Under the pieces are notes generated by a model. That model was not told the DNA's origin, did not search any database, and saw nothing but the letters and a program-made list of their open reading frames with translations. A stretch of DNA of 64,000 nt, from assembly GCA_949287925.1 (NCBI GenBank), contig CASEIR010000009.1, positions 3,511 to 67,510 on the forward strand. The letters run 5' to 3'. Positions 1 through 10,063 of this stretch are shown in pieces. The position numbers and the translations under genes are program-made. This stretch comes from an uncultured Lachnospiraceae bacterium. Lineage in GTDB: Bacteria; Bacillota; Clostridia; Lachnospirales; Lachnospiraceae. Numbering within the stretch: position 1 is the stretch's first letter; each line of letters begins with the position of its first letter.

Positions 1-778
1 AATCCGCCAGGATCTCTTCTGGAGACAATGGATTTTTCAGGCGTATAACGGGAAGGCTGAACCAGCCTTTTAGTGCACAGTCAAGAAAAGCACGGCTGAT
101 ATCATTGGTGTCTTTGAGATGCGTCTGGATTTCAGTACATAGAGTGTGATAGAAGCATGTATCGTTACGTCCATGAATCCGAAGGCCCGCCAGAACGCCG
201 CAGAGGAAATCGTCCCCTGACGGGGTAAGACCGATGCCAAGCCCTATCAGCCTTCCCAGAGTTTCTGCGGCATTCTGATATGCCCCTGTAAGACAGAGAG
301 AACGGCAAGCATCCATCTGACGAGATGCGTACTGGATGACGGGATCCTGGAACGGCTGGTGTCTGTTTGCGTTCTGGAACAAAGCGGAAAACCCGTTTCC
401 GTCAGAGAGATCAAGAGCTTTTTCGATTCTCTTTGTTAAATGGGTTCCAAAACAGTCTGTGTCCGGAAGTGACAGGCTGGTAATCAGGGCGTTTGAAAAA
501 GAAAATTCAAGATCCTGGATTTGCCGGACGGATATAGAAGACCCGGCAACGGATACGGTCATACCTGGCTGTATGCCAAGGCGGCTGATCTCTGCGCCTT
601 CCAGATTTGTAATCAGGCTTAAAGGAGACAGGACGGACTGCTGCGCCTGAATCGCCAATAGAGTGTTGTCAAACTGTAGATTGATCGTCTTTTGATATAC
701 GGAATGAACTTTTGCGTTTTTGTTTCTTTTTAAAATTGTATTTCCATAATCGGATATGTCCGTAATTGTGATATACAT
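1..778 (-). CDS. allH: DUF2877/YlbF-family protein, oxamate carbamoyltransferase subunit AllH-like (3' end outside window)
   Basis: Absent from the ORF track because it runs off the edge. Manual translation from ATG 778: MYITITDISDYGNTILKRNKNAKVHSVYQKTINL..., in frame with LIGLGIGLTPSGDDFLCG (DUF2877 signature). RBS-like AAGAAAGG upstream; divergent from allB. Confidence 0.85.
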   Translation of the reverse strand, partial: MYITITDISDYGNTILKRNKNAKVHSVYQKTINLQFDNTLLAIQAQQSVLSPLSLITNLEGAEISRLGIQPGMTVSVAGSSISVRQIQDLEFSFSNALITSLSLPDTDCFGTHLTKRIEKALDLSDGNGFSALFQNANRHQPFQDPVIQYASRQMDACRSLCLTGAYQNAAETLGRLIGLGIGLTPSGDDFLCGVLAGLRIHGRNDTCFYHTLCTEIQTHLKDTNDISRAFLDCALKGWFSLPVIRLKNPLSPEEILAD

Positions 779-1006
779 AGGATAGAACCTTTCTTGCATG
801 CTTAACTAGTATTATCTATTTAAAGATTCTATCAGAAATGAGAAAGAAATACAAAAATCTATGATGGGAATTGTAAATTCTACAATTATACGGCAAGACT
901 AATTGAAAATTTATACATATTAGACAAAAAAATGCTCGTTTTTCCCGGTTTCATGATATTGTTTTTCGAATCGAATTCGAATAAAATATTGTTAAAAATA
1001 TTGGTT

Positions 1007-1016
1007 TGGTCGACCG
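1007..1016. promoter_or_regulatory. Palindrome TGGTCGACC(G), candidate operator upstream of allB
   Basis: GC-rich palindrome in an AT-rich intergenic region; the same core occurs upstream of allE. Confidence 0.5.
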
Positions 1017-1079
1017 AATATTATAAAAGTTTGTGTAAATTGTTCAAGAATTATTAAAAACTTGAAAGGAGGAAAGTTT

Positions 1080-2483
1080 ATGTATGATTTGTTGGTAAGG
1101 AATGGTAAGCTTGTTACGCCGGATCGGATTTACGAGGCAGATATTGCCGTAAAAGATGGGGTGTATGCGGCGTTCCTTGCGAAAGGTACGGAGGCAGAGG
1201 CGAAAGAAGTGATTGATGCAAAGGGGTGCTATGTATTTCCGGGAATTATCGACTGCCATGCTCATTTGAATGAACCGGGATTCGAATATCGCGAAGATTT
1301 CGAAACGGGATCAAGGGCTGCCGCTGTTGCAGGTTGTACTTGTCTGATTGATATGCCGCTGAATAATGACCCGTCTTTAATGAATAAAGAAATTTTTGAT
1401 ATGAAGATGGGCTTGATCAGCAAGCATTCAGTGGTGGATTATGCTCTGTGGGGTGGAATTGTAGGAGACTATGATGATAAGCCGGGATCTGTGAAGAATA
1501 ATATGAATGATCTTGTTGATCTTCATGAATGCGGAGTTGCTGCCTTTAAAGGATTTACCTGTCCAAATGGAGACTTGTTCCCGACAGTGAATATGGGAAA
1601 TGTAAGAAAGGCTCTGGAAATTCTGAAGCCATATGGAGCACTTTGCGGTTTTCACTGTGAGGAATATGGTCAGGTATTAGAACGTGAAAAAGAAGCGAAA
1701 GCAAAAGAAGGAAGAACGAATGAAGAAAAGATTCGTGATTTTCTGGATTCACACGATGTATGGACAGAATATGTTGCAACCAAAAATGTGATTGATATGG
1801 CAAGAGCAACGGGAGGACGTGTTCATATCTGTCATGTTAGCCATCCAATGGTGGCGCAGGTTGTAAAGGACGCAATTCATGAGGGGCTACCGATTACTGC
1901 GGAGACCTGTCCACATTATCTTGGATTTACAGAGGATTTTGTATTCGAAAAGGGTGCTCCGGCAAAATGTACACCTCCGATGCGTAAAAAAGAAGATATG
2001 GAAAAATTGTGGGACTATGTACTGGATGGTACACTTTCCTGTGTAGGAAGCGATCATTCTCCGGCGGCAGATGAGGAGAAGGATAACGCAACAAAAGATA
2101 TCTGGCATGCATGGGGAGGATTGAATGCAATCCAGTTCTTCCTGCCGATGATGTTTGACATGGTGGTGCACAAGAAAGGATATAGCCCAAGTCTGATTGC
2201 AAAAGTGATGGATTATAATCCGGCTAAAGTATTTGGCTTGTACGGACGGAAAGGTGCATTTGAGCTTGGCTTTGATGGAGATATTGTTATTGTGGATCCT
2301 GAGAAAGCGTGGAAATGTGATCAGTCAAAACTTCTGACCAAAGGGCATGTATCCTGTTTCGATGGCTTAGAAGGAAAAGGGGCACCGGTATGCACTATTA
2401 TTCGAGGTAAAGTGGTAGCAGACGGTGAGATGTATAAAGAAGACGCGGTGGGATATGGAAAGTATATTACCCCTGTCAGATAG
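1080..2483 (+). CDS. allB: Allantoinase (cyclic amidohydrolase)
   Basis: PGIIDCHAHLNEPG, GFHCE, HICH, ETCPHYL, KCTPPMR and SDHSP motifs; ATG 1080 after AGGAGG; allantoin-gene context. Confidence 0.9.
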   Translation: MYDLLVRNGKLVTPDRIYEADIAVKDGVYAAFLAKGTEAEAKEVIDAKGCYVFPGIIDCHAHLNEPGFEYREDFETGSRAAAVAGCTCLIDMPLNNDPSLMNKEIFDMKMGLISKHSVVDYALWGGIVGDYDDKPGSVKNNMNDLVDLHECGVAAFKGFTCPNGDLFPTVNMGNVRKALEILKPYGALCGFHCEEYGQVLEREKEAKAKEGRTNEEKIRDFLDSHDVWTEYVATKNVIDMARATGGRVHICHVSHPMVAQVVKDAIHEGLPITAETCPHYLGFTEDFVFEKGAPAKCTPPMRKKEDMEKLWDYVLDGTLSCVGSDHSPAADEEKDNATKDIWHAWGGLNAIQFFLPMMFDMVVHKKGYSPSLIAKVMDYNPAKVFGLYGRKGAFELGFDGDIVIVDPEKAWKCDQSKLLTKGHVSCFDGLEGKGAPVCTIIRGKVVADGEMYKEDAVGYGKYITPVR

Positions 2484-2522
2484 TGGCGTGTGTGACGACA
2501 TACTAAGGAAGGAGTAAACTTT

Positions 2523-3887
2523 ATGAGTGAAGTTAATACAAATGAAGTAAAAAGAGAAGCTAGTTCATTGGCGCCGATCGCAGAAAAAGATCGTATTATG
2601 AGTTGGGGATCCAATACCATGCTGTGGCTGGGAGGATGTATCTCCATCGGAACTTTAGCAATGGGATCCGCTCAGCTGGAAGCTGGTCTGAATCTTCTGC
2701 AGTTATTCCTGGCGGTTGCGATTGGATCTATGATTTTGGTTGTAGGAATTGCTCTTAACGACCAGTTTAGTTACAAAACAGGTGCACCTTATGCGGTTCA
2801 GTTAAGAAGTGCCTTTGGGACCAAGGGAAATGTTGTTCCGAGCATGATTCGTGGTATTCCGGCGATTGTATGGTATGGTTATCAGACTTGGTTGGGAGGT
2901 GCCGCTATTAATAATATTTCTAAAGTTTTGTTCGGCTTTGATAATATCTGGGTGTTTTTTATTTTGTTCCAGATCATACAGATCCTGTTGTCTATTAAAG
3001 GATTCCAGGGAGCAAAATGGGTAGGTAATATCGGAGGAGTAGTAATCTCTATTGCAATGTTTTATCTGCTGTATCTTTGTGTAACTCAGTATGGTGATAT
3101 CGTCAGTGCGAATCTGATGAACAAAAAAGGTACATGGGGGATGCCTTTTGTGGCTGCAATCATTGCCTTCTTTGGAAATAGTACTACCGTTATGCTGAAT
3201 GCAGGTGATTATTCCCGTGAAATGAAATCCGGAATGTCCACCATGAAGCGTGGAGTATCTTATTTCCTGTCTATGGTGCCTGCAACTGTGCTTCTTGGTC
3301 TGATTGGCGCTATGGCATCCACTGCAACAGGTGTTGCGAACCCGATCAATGCATTTGCACAGATGGTAGATAACAAAGTTGTTATGATCGTTACATTGGG
3401 ATTCATTATTTTTGCGCAGCTGACCACTAATCTTGCAAGTAACGTAATTCCGCCAGCATATGCATTTATGGATGCGTTTAAGATGAAACACAGAACAGCG
3501 GTTGTTTTGATTGGTATCCTTGCAGTATGTACTTGTCCTTGGATTCTGACGAACGATAGTTCGGCGGCCGGACTTGCACTGTTCAGTAAGATTTATACTG
3601 CATTCTTCGGACCGATTTTTGCAGTTCTGATCACTGATTTCTTTATTCTGCACAAAAGAAAATATGATAAGGCGCAACTGGACGACCTTTATGATCCAAA
3701 TGGAAATCATGCAGGTATAAACTGGGCGGCAATCATTGCAATTGCCGTAGGCGCTGTGATCGGACTTTTGAATGTAAATATTTCATTCTTTACAGCAACA
3801 ATTCCGACAGGATTGATTTTCTATTTCTGTATGAAGAAAATGCCTTCCTGTGAACGTTTCAGAAAAGGAACGATTTTAGACAAATAA
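2523..3887 (+). CDS. NCS1-family nucleobase/allantoin permease
   Basis: Multi-TM protein with RSAFG, IVWYGYQTW, GDYSR and TTNLASN NCS1 motifs; follows allB. Confidence 0.85.
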   Translation: MSEVNTNEVKREASSLAPIAEKDRIMSWGSNTMLWLGGCISIGTLAMGSAQLEAGLNLLQLFLAVAIGSMILVVGIALNDQFSYKTGAPYAVQLRSAFGTKGNVVPSMIRGIPAIVWYGYQTWLGGAAINNISKVLFGFDNIWVFFILFQIIQILLSIKGFQGAKWVGNIGGVVISIAMFYLLYLCVTQYGDIVSANLMNKKGTWGMPFVAAIIAFFGNSTTVMLNAGDYSREMKSGMSTMKRGVSYFLSMVPATVLLGLIGAMASTATGVANPINAFAQMVDNKVVMIVTLGFIIFAQLTTNLASNVIPPAYAFMDAFKMKHRTAVVLIGILAVCTCPWILTNDSSAAGLALFSKIYTAFFGPIFAVLITDFFILHKRKYDKAQLDDLYDPNGNHAGINWAAIIAIAVGAVIGLLNVNISFFTATIPTGLIFYFCMKKMPSCERFRKGTILDK

Positions 3888-3904
3888 CTCTAGCCATTCA
3901 AATA

Positions 3905-3950
3905 GCCGGGCTGAAATGGAAGCGCCATTTCAGTCCGGCTTTGTTGTTTG
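3905..3950. terminator. Intrinsic terminator between convergent genes
   Basis: GCCGGGCTGAAATGG-loop-CCATTTCAGTCCGGC followed by a T-rich tract. Confidence 0.75.
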
Positions 3951-3971
3951 CTTTGAGAATACACAATAAAA

Positions 3972-4823
3972 CTATAGGGTGTTTTTTTTCAGGAAATCAA
4001 GAGTTTCCTGGATTAGTTTGAAAGTGAAAGGATTATCTTCCTCCCGATCAAAATCATGGACATCACAGGCCGCTATGAACGTGTTTGGCTGGAAACGGGA
4101 GCACAGCTCCCGGAACTCATCGAAAGGAACATCTGTATCGTTCGTGGCATGGACGGCAAAGAGGGGGCAGGGAAGCTTTTCACAGGTCCGCAGAGTGAAG
4201 TCGAGGTAAAAGAATTTTTCTCTTCCTTCGTACAGAAGTGAAAACCATTTCCCGGTCTGCCTTGCGTACACGTAGATGCTGTAATGTGTCATCAGATCGC
4301 CGGTAGTCTCCAGACCGCCGGACAGGGCGTTCAGGCAGCTTTCATCTACCTTTGGAAGCGTCATATAATAGGGACTTGGCGTCTGGAACCAGTGGTCGCA
4401 CAAAAAACCGTAGCCGTAGTAAGACAGGATGCCCAGAGGGTTCTGGCTAAAAGAACCATAGGCGGCGGCAATGAGACAGAGATAGGCTCCTGCGGAGCGT
4501 CCCCACAGAAAATATGGAAGCGGCCTGGAGTAATAGCAAAGCGGATTGTCGATATAGTGCTGGATGGAAGCGCGTACATCGTCCAGGATCTGGGGGAGCT
4601 TTGCAGTTGGGGCCAGGGGATAGTCGTAAGCGATGATCACATACCCGGCTTTTGTCAGTGTTTCGATATGGCGGGCGGGAAGGTCGCTTTTATTTCCGTA
4701 GAGAAGCCCGCCGCCGTGGAAATACAAGATGCAGGCCTTTGGGTCTGACTTCCAGTCTGAGTAAATTACGGCTGTTTTCGGATAGCCGGATCCGGTGATC
4801 GATATGGTTCTGATGTCTGGCAT
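3972..4823 (-). CDS. Alpha/beta hydrolase (HSL-like)
   Basis: HGGG oxyanion motif, GRSAG nucleophile elbow, D..VP and HDF triad candidates. Confidence 0.85.
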   Translation of the reverse strand: MPDIRTISITGSGYPKTAVIYSDWKSDPKACILYFHGGGLLYGNKSDLPARHIETLTKAGYVIIAYDYPLAPTAKLPQILDDVRASIQHYIDNPLCYYSRPLPYFLWGRSAGAYLCLIAAAYGSFSQNPLGILSYYGYGFLCDHWFQTPSPYYMTLPKVDESCLNALSGGLETTGDLMTHYSIYVYARQTGKWFSLLYEGREKFFYLDFTLRTCEKLPCPLFAVHATNDTDVPFDEFRELCSRFQPNTFIAACDVHDFDREEDNPFTFKLIQETLDFLKKNTL

Positions 4824-5078
4824 ATGAAAATCCTCCTGTGATTTTAAATAATAGATATAAATTGGATAAAAAATTGGAAAAACTCAATCAAATTGAACTT
4901 CGTGAAAACTAAAACAAAAAGCTGATTCTGCTTAGAATATTATAGCATATCCGGGGGAAAGAGTGTTATGTGAAAAAAATAACACATAGGGAGAAAGTGG
5001 ATAAAAATGGGTTGGCGATTTGTCTAAAATTTTTATTGAAAAAATGCCATTCCATTGTCATAATGAATAATAGAATAG

Positions 5079-5088
5079 TGGTCGACCA
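5079..5088. promoter_or_regulatory. Perfect palindrome TGGTCGACCA, candidate operator upstream of allE
   Basis: Lies just upstream of the allE RBS and matches the allB site. Confidence 0.5.
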
Positions 5089-5114
5089 GCCATAAGAAAA
5101 GGAGAGATAGTAAT

Positions 5115-5903
5115 ATGAGTTATTTGAACAATCAGGTAGGATATCGTGAGGAGTTGTTAATGACACGTTCTGTCATCAAGAAAGAGAATTATGTGCTTCT
5201 TGAGCCAGACGGACTGGTGAAGAATGCAATCCCAGGGTATGAAAACTGTGATGTTACGATTCTTGGATCTCCGGCTATGGGAGCAACCTTTGCCGATTAC
5301 CTTGTAACCGCACACGAGAACGGAAAGAACTGCGGAATCGGCGGAGAAGGAATCGAATCTTTCTTGTATGTGATTTCCGGAGAAGTGAAAGTAAAAAATG
5401 CAGATGAGGAGAAAGTCCTGACAGAAGGAGGATATATCTTCTCGCCGGAAAGCAATGCAATTTCATTTGAAAACCAGAGCGCAGAGGATGCGAAGCTGTA
5501 CGTATACAGAAGAAGATATGAGAAGATTGAAGGCTACAGCGCGCACACCGTAATCGGTAATGTAAACGAGATGGAGTGGATCGAATACGAAGGAATGAAC
5601 AACTGCCATATTAAGGATCTGCTTCCGGCAGCAGGCGATTTCGGATTTGATATGAATATGCATATCCTGAAATTCAAATTGGGCGCTTCCCACGGATATA
5701 TTGAGACCCATATCCAGGAGCATGGTATGTACTTCCTGTCTGGTAAAGGAATGTACCGTCTGGATGATGAGTGGGTTCCGGTTAAGAAAGGGGATTATGT
5801 ATTCCTGGACGCTTATGTTCCACAGGCCTGCTATGCAGTCGGACGTGAAGAAGAGTTCGCATACATTTATTCCAAGGACTGCAACAGAGACGTTCAATTA
5901 TAA
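5115..5903 (+). CDS. allE: (S)-ureidoglycine aminohydrolase (bicupin)
   Basis: GFDMNMHIL, SHGYIETHIQEHG, YIYSKDCNRD: YlbA/AllE motifs. Confidence 0.93.
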   Translation: MSYLNNQVGYREELLMTRSVIKKENYVLLEPDGLVKNAIPGYENCDVTILGSPAMGATFADYLVTAHENGKNCGIGGEGIESFLYVISGEVKVKNADEEKVLTEGGYIFSPESNAISFENQSAEDAKLYVYRRRYEKIEGYSAHTVIGNVNEMEWIEYEGMNNCHIKDLLPAAGDFGFDMNMHILKFKLGASHGYIETHIQEHGMYFLSGKGMYRLDDEWVPVKKGDYVFLDAYVPQACYAVGREEEFAYIYSKDCNRDVQL

Positions 5904-5960
5904 GAAACGGTAAAAGAAGGCGATAAAGGGTAAAATAAATTTGATAAGGATGGAATTGAG

Positions 5961-7013
5961 ATGAAACTTTCCCGTGATGAATTAAAAGGATTAATGAAAA
6001 ATAAGTTAATGAAAGCCGGACTGCACGAAGACCATGCAGATACCACAGCAGAGATTCTGACCTGGTCGGACGAGAGAGGATATCACTCTCACGGTGCAGT
6101 TCGTGTAGAATACTATAGTGAAAGAATTTTCAAGGGCGGAATTACAACAGATCCCAAATTCGACTGGAAAGAGACCGGCCCGTGTTCCGGTATCCTGGAC
6201 GGTGATAACGGATGCGGATACGTGGTTGCGAAGCTGGGAATGGAGAAAGCCATTGAGATGGCGAAAAAGAATGGAATTGCAGTAGTTGGTATGAAGAATC
6301 TTTCACATAGCGGCTCTATCGGATACTATACAGAGATGGCCGCGGATCAGGGACTGGTTGCCATTTCTTTCTGTCAGTCTGACCCGATGGCTGTACCGCT
6401 TGGGGGAACAGAACCGTATTATGGAACGAATCCGATCTCCTTTGCGGCGCCTACCGCGGACGACAGAAAAGTTGTCTTCGATATGGCTACCACAGTCCAG
6501 GCATGGGGCAAGATCCTGGACAAACGTTCCAGACATGAAGAGATTCCGAACAACTGGGCGGTTGATGAAAAGGGTAACCCAGTGACAGATCCGAACAAGG
6601 TAAATGCGCTTCTTCCGATCGCGGGTGCGAAAGGTTACGGTCTGATGATGCTGGTAGATGTATTTTCCGGCGTGCTGCTGGGCGTTCCGTTTGGAAAACA
6701 TGTCAGCTCCATGTACCACGACTTGTCCAAGGGAAGAGAGCTGGGACAGATGCACATCGTTATGGACCCCGCCCGTTTCGTAGGAGCGGAGGCTTTCAAA
6801 ACTTCTATGTCAGCTGTGCTGGATGAACTGGGAGAGATGCCCACAGCAGACGGATACGACAAAGTATATTATCCGGGAGAACGCGCGGTGTTAAGACGTG
6901 ATAAGGCGTATGCGACAGGCGGCGTAGAAATTGTGGATGAGATCTATGAATACCTGAAGAGTGATGATATCCACTATGACAGATACGACCATAAAAACCG
7001 TTTCGCAGAATAA
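5961..7013 (+). CDS. allD: Ureidoglycolate dehydrogenase (Ldh_2 family)
   Basis: RGYHSHGAVRVEYY, GTNPISFAAP, FDMATTVQAWGK, KGYGLMM, VYYPGE. Confidence 0.93.
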   Translation: MKLSRDELKGLMKNKLMKAGLHEDHADTTAEILTWSDERGYHSHGAVRVEYYSERIFKGGITTDPKFDWKETGPCSGILDGDNGCGYVVAKLGMEKAIEMAKKNGIAVVGMKNLSHSGSIGYYTEMAADQGLVAISFCQSDPMAVPLGGTEPYYGTNPISFAAPTADDRKVVFDMATTVQAWGKILDKRSRHEEIPNNWAVDEKGNPVTDPNKVNALLPIAGAKGYGLMMLVDVFSGVLLGVPFGKHVSSMYHDLSKGRELGQMHIVMDPARFVGAEAFKTSMSAVLDELGEMPTADGYDKVYYPGERAVLRRDKAYATGGVEIVDEIYEYLKSDDIHYDRYDHKNRFAE

Positions 7014-7039
7014 AGGTTCTGAGTGAGGAAGGAGACCAT

Positions 7040-10000
7040 ATGTTAAAAACAGTTGTGAAAAAGGGAAGCTATCATGATTCCGTTGTACTGATGCTTTTGA
7101 CGAACCAGATCTCTACCATTGAAGGCGTGAAGAAAGTATCCATCATGATGGCAACACCGGCCAATAAAGATATATACAGACAGAGCGGGCTGGCAACCGA
7201 AGAGCTTGAAGCTGCTTCTGCCAATGACCTGGTTATTGTTGCGGATGTTGATGATGACAGTCTTCTGGAAACCATCGAAAAAGAGATGGAAGAATTCTTC
7301 AAGAAGCAGTCTACCGAAAGTTCAGAAAAGAAAGGCGCTGAGAGTGTGAAGTCCTGGGAAAAGGCCTTGGCGAAGCAGCCGGATGCTAATCTGGCAGTCA
7401 TCTCTATCCCGGGAGCTTATGCGGCACTGGAAGCGGACCGTGCGCTGGACGAAGGATTGAATGTATTCATGTTCAGTGACAATGTGGCTCTGGAAGATGA
7501 AGTAAAACTGAAAAAGAAAGCGCATGAAAAGGGATTGGCAGTTATGGGACCGGACTGCGGCACCGGTATTATCCAGAGTGTGCCGATCGCGTTTACCAAT
7601 AAAGTAGCTCCGGGCTCCATCGGAATCATCGGGGCGTCCGGAACCGGTATCCAGGAACTGACCACCATCATCGACCGTCTGGGCGAGGGTGTGACCAATG
7701 CCATCGGCATTGGCGGAAGGGACCTGAATGCTGCGGTAGGCGGCATTACCATGATGGACATGATCGACGCCATGGAAGATGACGACAGCGTAAAAGTGCT
7801 GGTGATCGTATCTAAACCGCCGGCAAAAGAGGTCAGAGATAAGATCGCTGCAAGATTGAGCAGTTTTAACAAACCGATCGTAACCCTGTTCGTGGGAGAA
7901 AAACCGGAATATCATGAAGAGAATTTCTATCATGCCTACACATTGGATGAAGCTGCCCGCCTGGCAGTCAGCCTGGTAAGAGGCGAGGAGATCCCGGAAG
8001 CGGTTGCAGATGTGGATGAGTCCACTTTCTTCAAGGCAGAAGATGGAAAGACCATTAAAGCATACTATTCCGGAGGGACTCTGGCGAATGAAGCAGCTAT
8101 GCTGATTAAGGACGCCATGGATGTGAAAGTACCGCCGGAGGATATCGAAGGATATATGCTTCAGCTGGATGGTAATGTAGTAGTAGACTTGGGCGACGAT
8201 GCTTATACTCAGGGCAAGCCTCATCCGATGATCGATCCGGCAAAACGTATCGAGTGTATGCAGGAGGCGGTAGACGATGAGTCTACAGGAGCAGTTCTTC
8301 TGGATATTATGTTGGGATATGGTTCGCATGCAGATATGGCAGGCGCGTTGCTCCCGACCATCAAAGAACTGAAGGCGAAGGCAGAAGCTGCCGGAAGAAA
8401 GGTATTCTTCATCGCTACAGTGTGCGGAACTAAGAAGGATTATCAGGGATACGACGATGCGGTTAATAAACTGAAAGAGGCAGGCGTCATTGTCTGTGAA
8501 AACAATAAACTGGCATGCCGGACCGCTATTCGTGCTATTGGAAGAGATTTCAAAGAGCCAGTAAAAGAAGTGCGTTCAAAGAATGTAGTGGAAGTAGAAA
8601 AGGCAAAACCGTCCGACAAGCTGCGTGCGCTTCTTTCCGAGAAACCGAAGATTATCAATATCGGTCTGAAGAGTTTTGCTGAGGTTGTGGAAGAGTTTGG
8701 CTGTGAGGTGGTTCAGTATGACTGGATGCCGCCGGCAGGAGGTAATGTTAAACTGATCAAGATCCTGAATTTCCTGAGAAATTACGAGGGAATTGATGAG
8801 AAGAACCGGGAAGTGATCGCGAAAGTAGTGGCAAGTCAGCCGATCCTGAAAGATAATGTACGTGCCAAAGAAGTAATCCCGGAACTGAATGAAGGAAAAG
8901 TAATTCTTCATGCAGGCCCGCCGGTTGCCTATGAGAATATGCCGGATCCGATGCAGGGCTCCTGCGTAGGCGCCGTACTGTTCGAGGAGTGGGCGGACAA
9001 TGAAGCCGACGCAAGAAAGATGCTGGAAAGCGGAGAAATTAAGTTTATTCCCTGCCATCATGTAAATGCAGTGGGACCGATGGGAGGAATCACTTCTCCG
9101 AATATGGCAGTATTTGTAGTAGAAAATGCTACCGGTGGTAACAGAGCTTACTGTACCATGAATGAAGGGATCGGAAAGGTGCTTCGATTTGGGGCATATT
9201 CTGAAGAAGTGGTAGAGCGTCTGCGCTGGATGAGAGACGTTCTTGGACCGACACTTGGTAAAGCTCTCCGCTCCATGGAGAATGGACTTGCTATTAATCC
9301 GCTGATTGCGAAAGCGGTTGCTATGGGTGATGAATTCCATCAGAGAAATATCGCGGCTTCTCTTGCATTCCTGAAAGAGGTGGCTCCGATTATCACCAAG
9401 ATGGAGATGGACGAAAAAGATCGTTATGATGTAATCAAATTCCTGGCAGATACCGATCAGTTCTTCTTGAACATTATGATGGCTACAGGCAAGGCAGTTA
9501 TGGATGACGCCCGTACTGGAACGGATGGAACCATCGTTACGGCTATGTGCCGCAACGGCTATGAATTCGGTATCCGGATTGCAGGTATGGGAGACGAGTG
9601 GTTTACCGGACCGGTTAATACACCGCAGGGCCTGTACTTTACCGGATATGACGGAGAAGACGCATGTCCGGATATGGGTGACAGCGCCATTACCGAAACC
9701 TTTGGCGTAGGCGGTATGGCCATGATTGCTGCTCCGGCTGTTACCAGATTCGTAGGCGCAGGCGGTTATGAAGACGCCCTTCGCACCAGCAACGAGATGA
9801 TGGAGATCGTCATCGACCGCAATCCAAACTTCACCGTACCTACCTGGAACTTCCAGGGAATCTGTCTGGGTATCGACGCAAGACTGGTTGTTGAGAAAGG
9901 AATTACTCCTGTGATTAACACTGGTATTGCGCATAAGATTGCCGGATACGGACAGATCGGCGCCGGAACGGTGCACCCGCCGATTGAATGCTTTGAAAAA

Positions 10001-10045
10001 GCTATCGAGGCATATGCGAAGAAGTTAGGATATGAGTCCGAATAG
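7040..10045 (+). CDS. fdrA: FdrA (AllF)-DUF1116/YlbE (AllG) fusion, oxamate carbamoyltransferase subunits
   Basis: N-terminal part has FdrA motifs (MGPDCGT, GASGTGIQE, YSGGTL, DLGDD..TQGKPHPMIDP); C-terminal part from ~8800 has YlbE motifs (ILHAGPP, MGDEFHQRN, DMGDSAITET, PVINTGIAH). One uninterrupted 1001-aa ORF. Confidence 0.9.
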   Translation: MLKTVVKKGSYHDSVVLMLLTNQISTIEGVKKVSIMMATPANKDIYRQSGLATEELEAASANDLVIVADVDDDSLLETIEKEMEEFFKKQSTESSEKKGAESVKSWEKALAKQPDANLAVISIPGAYAALEADRALDEGLNVFMFSDNVALEDEVKLKKKAHEKGLAVMGPDCGTGIIQSVPIAFTNKVAPGSIGIIGASGTGIQELTTIIDRLGEGVTNAIGIGGRDLNAAVGGITMMDMIDAMEDDDSVKVLVIVSKPPAKEVRDKIAARLSSFNKPIVTLFVGEKPEYHEENFYHAYTLDEAARLAVSLVRGEEIPEAVADVDESTFFKAEDGKTIKAYYSGGTLANEAAMLIKDAMDVKVPPEDIEGYMLQLDGNVVVDLGDDAYTQGKPHPMIDPAKRIECMQEAVDDESTGAVLLDIMLGYGSHADMAGALLPTIKELKAKAEAAGRKVFFIATVCGTKKDYQGYDDAVNKLKEAGVIVCENNKLACRTAIRAIGRDFKEPVKEVRSKNVVEVEKAKPSDKLRALLSEKPKIINIGLKSFAEVVEEFGCEVVQYDWMPPAGGNVKLIKILNFLRNYEGIDEKNREVIAKVVASQPILKDNVRAKEVIPELNEGKVILHAGPPVAYENMPDPMQGSCVGAVLFEEWADNEADARKMLESGEIKFIPCHHVNAVGPMGGITSPNMAVFVVENATGGNRAYCTMNEGIGKVLRFGAYSEEVVERLRWMRDVLGPTLGKALRSMENGLAINPLIAKAVAMGDEFHQRNIAASLAFLKEVAPIITKMEMDEKDRYDVIKFLADTDQFFLNIMMATGKAVMDDARTGTDGTIVTAMCRNGYEFGIRIAGMGDEWFTGPVNTPQGLYFTGYDGEDACPDMGDSAITETFGVGGMAMIAAPAVTRFVGAGGYEDALRTSNEMMEIVIDRNPNFTVPTWNFQGICLGIDARLVVEKGITPVINTGIAHKIAGYGQIGAGTVHPPIECFEKAIEAYAKKLGYESE

Positions 10046-10063
10046 AGATAGGAGGACGAGCAT

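Noticed and set aside
336-650. 104-aa plus-strand ORF
   Set aside because: Antisense shadow of the DUF2877/allH gene.
7322-9976. Long antisense ORFs (335 and 466 aa) opposite fdrA; similar cases opposite fprA, allC and the NCS1 permease
   Set aside because: No motifs or RBS; typical reverse-frame shadows caused by codon bias.
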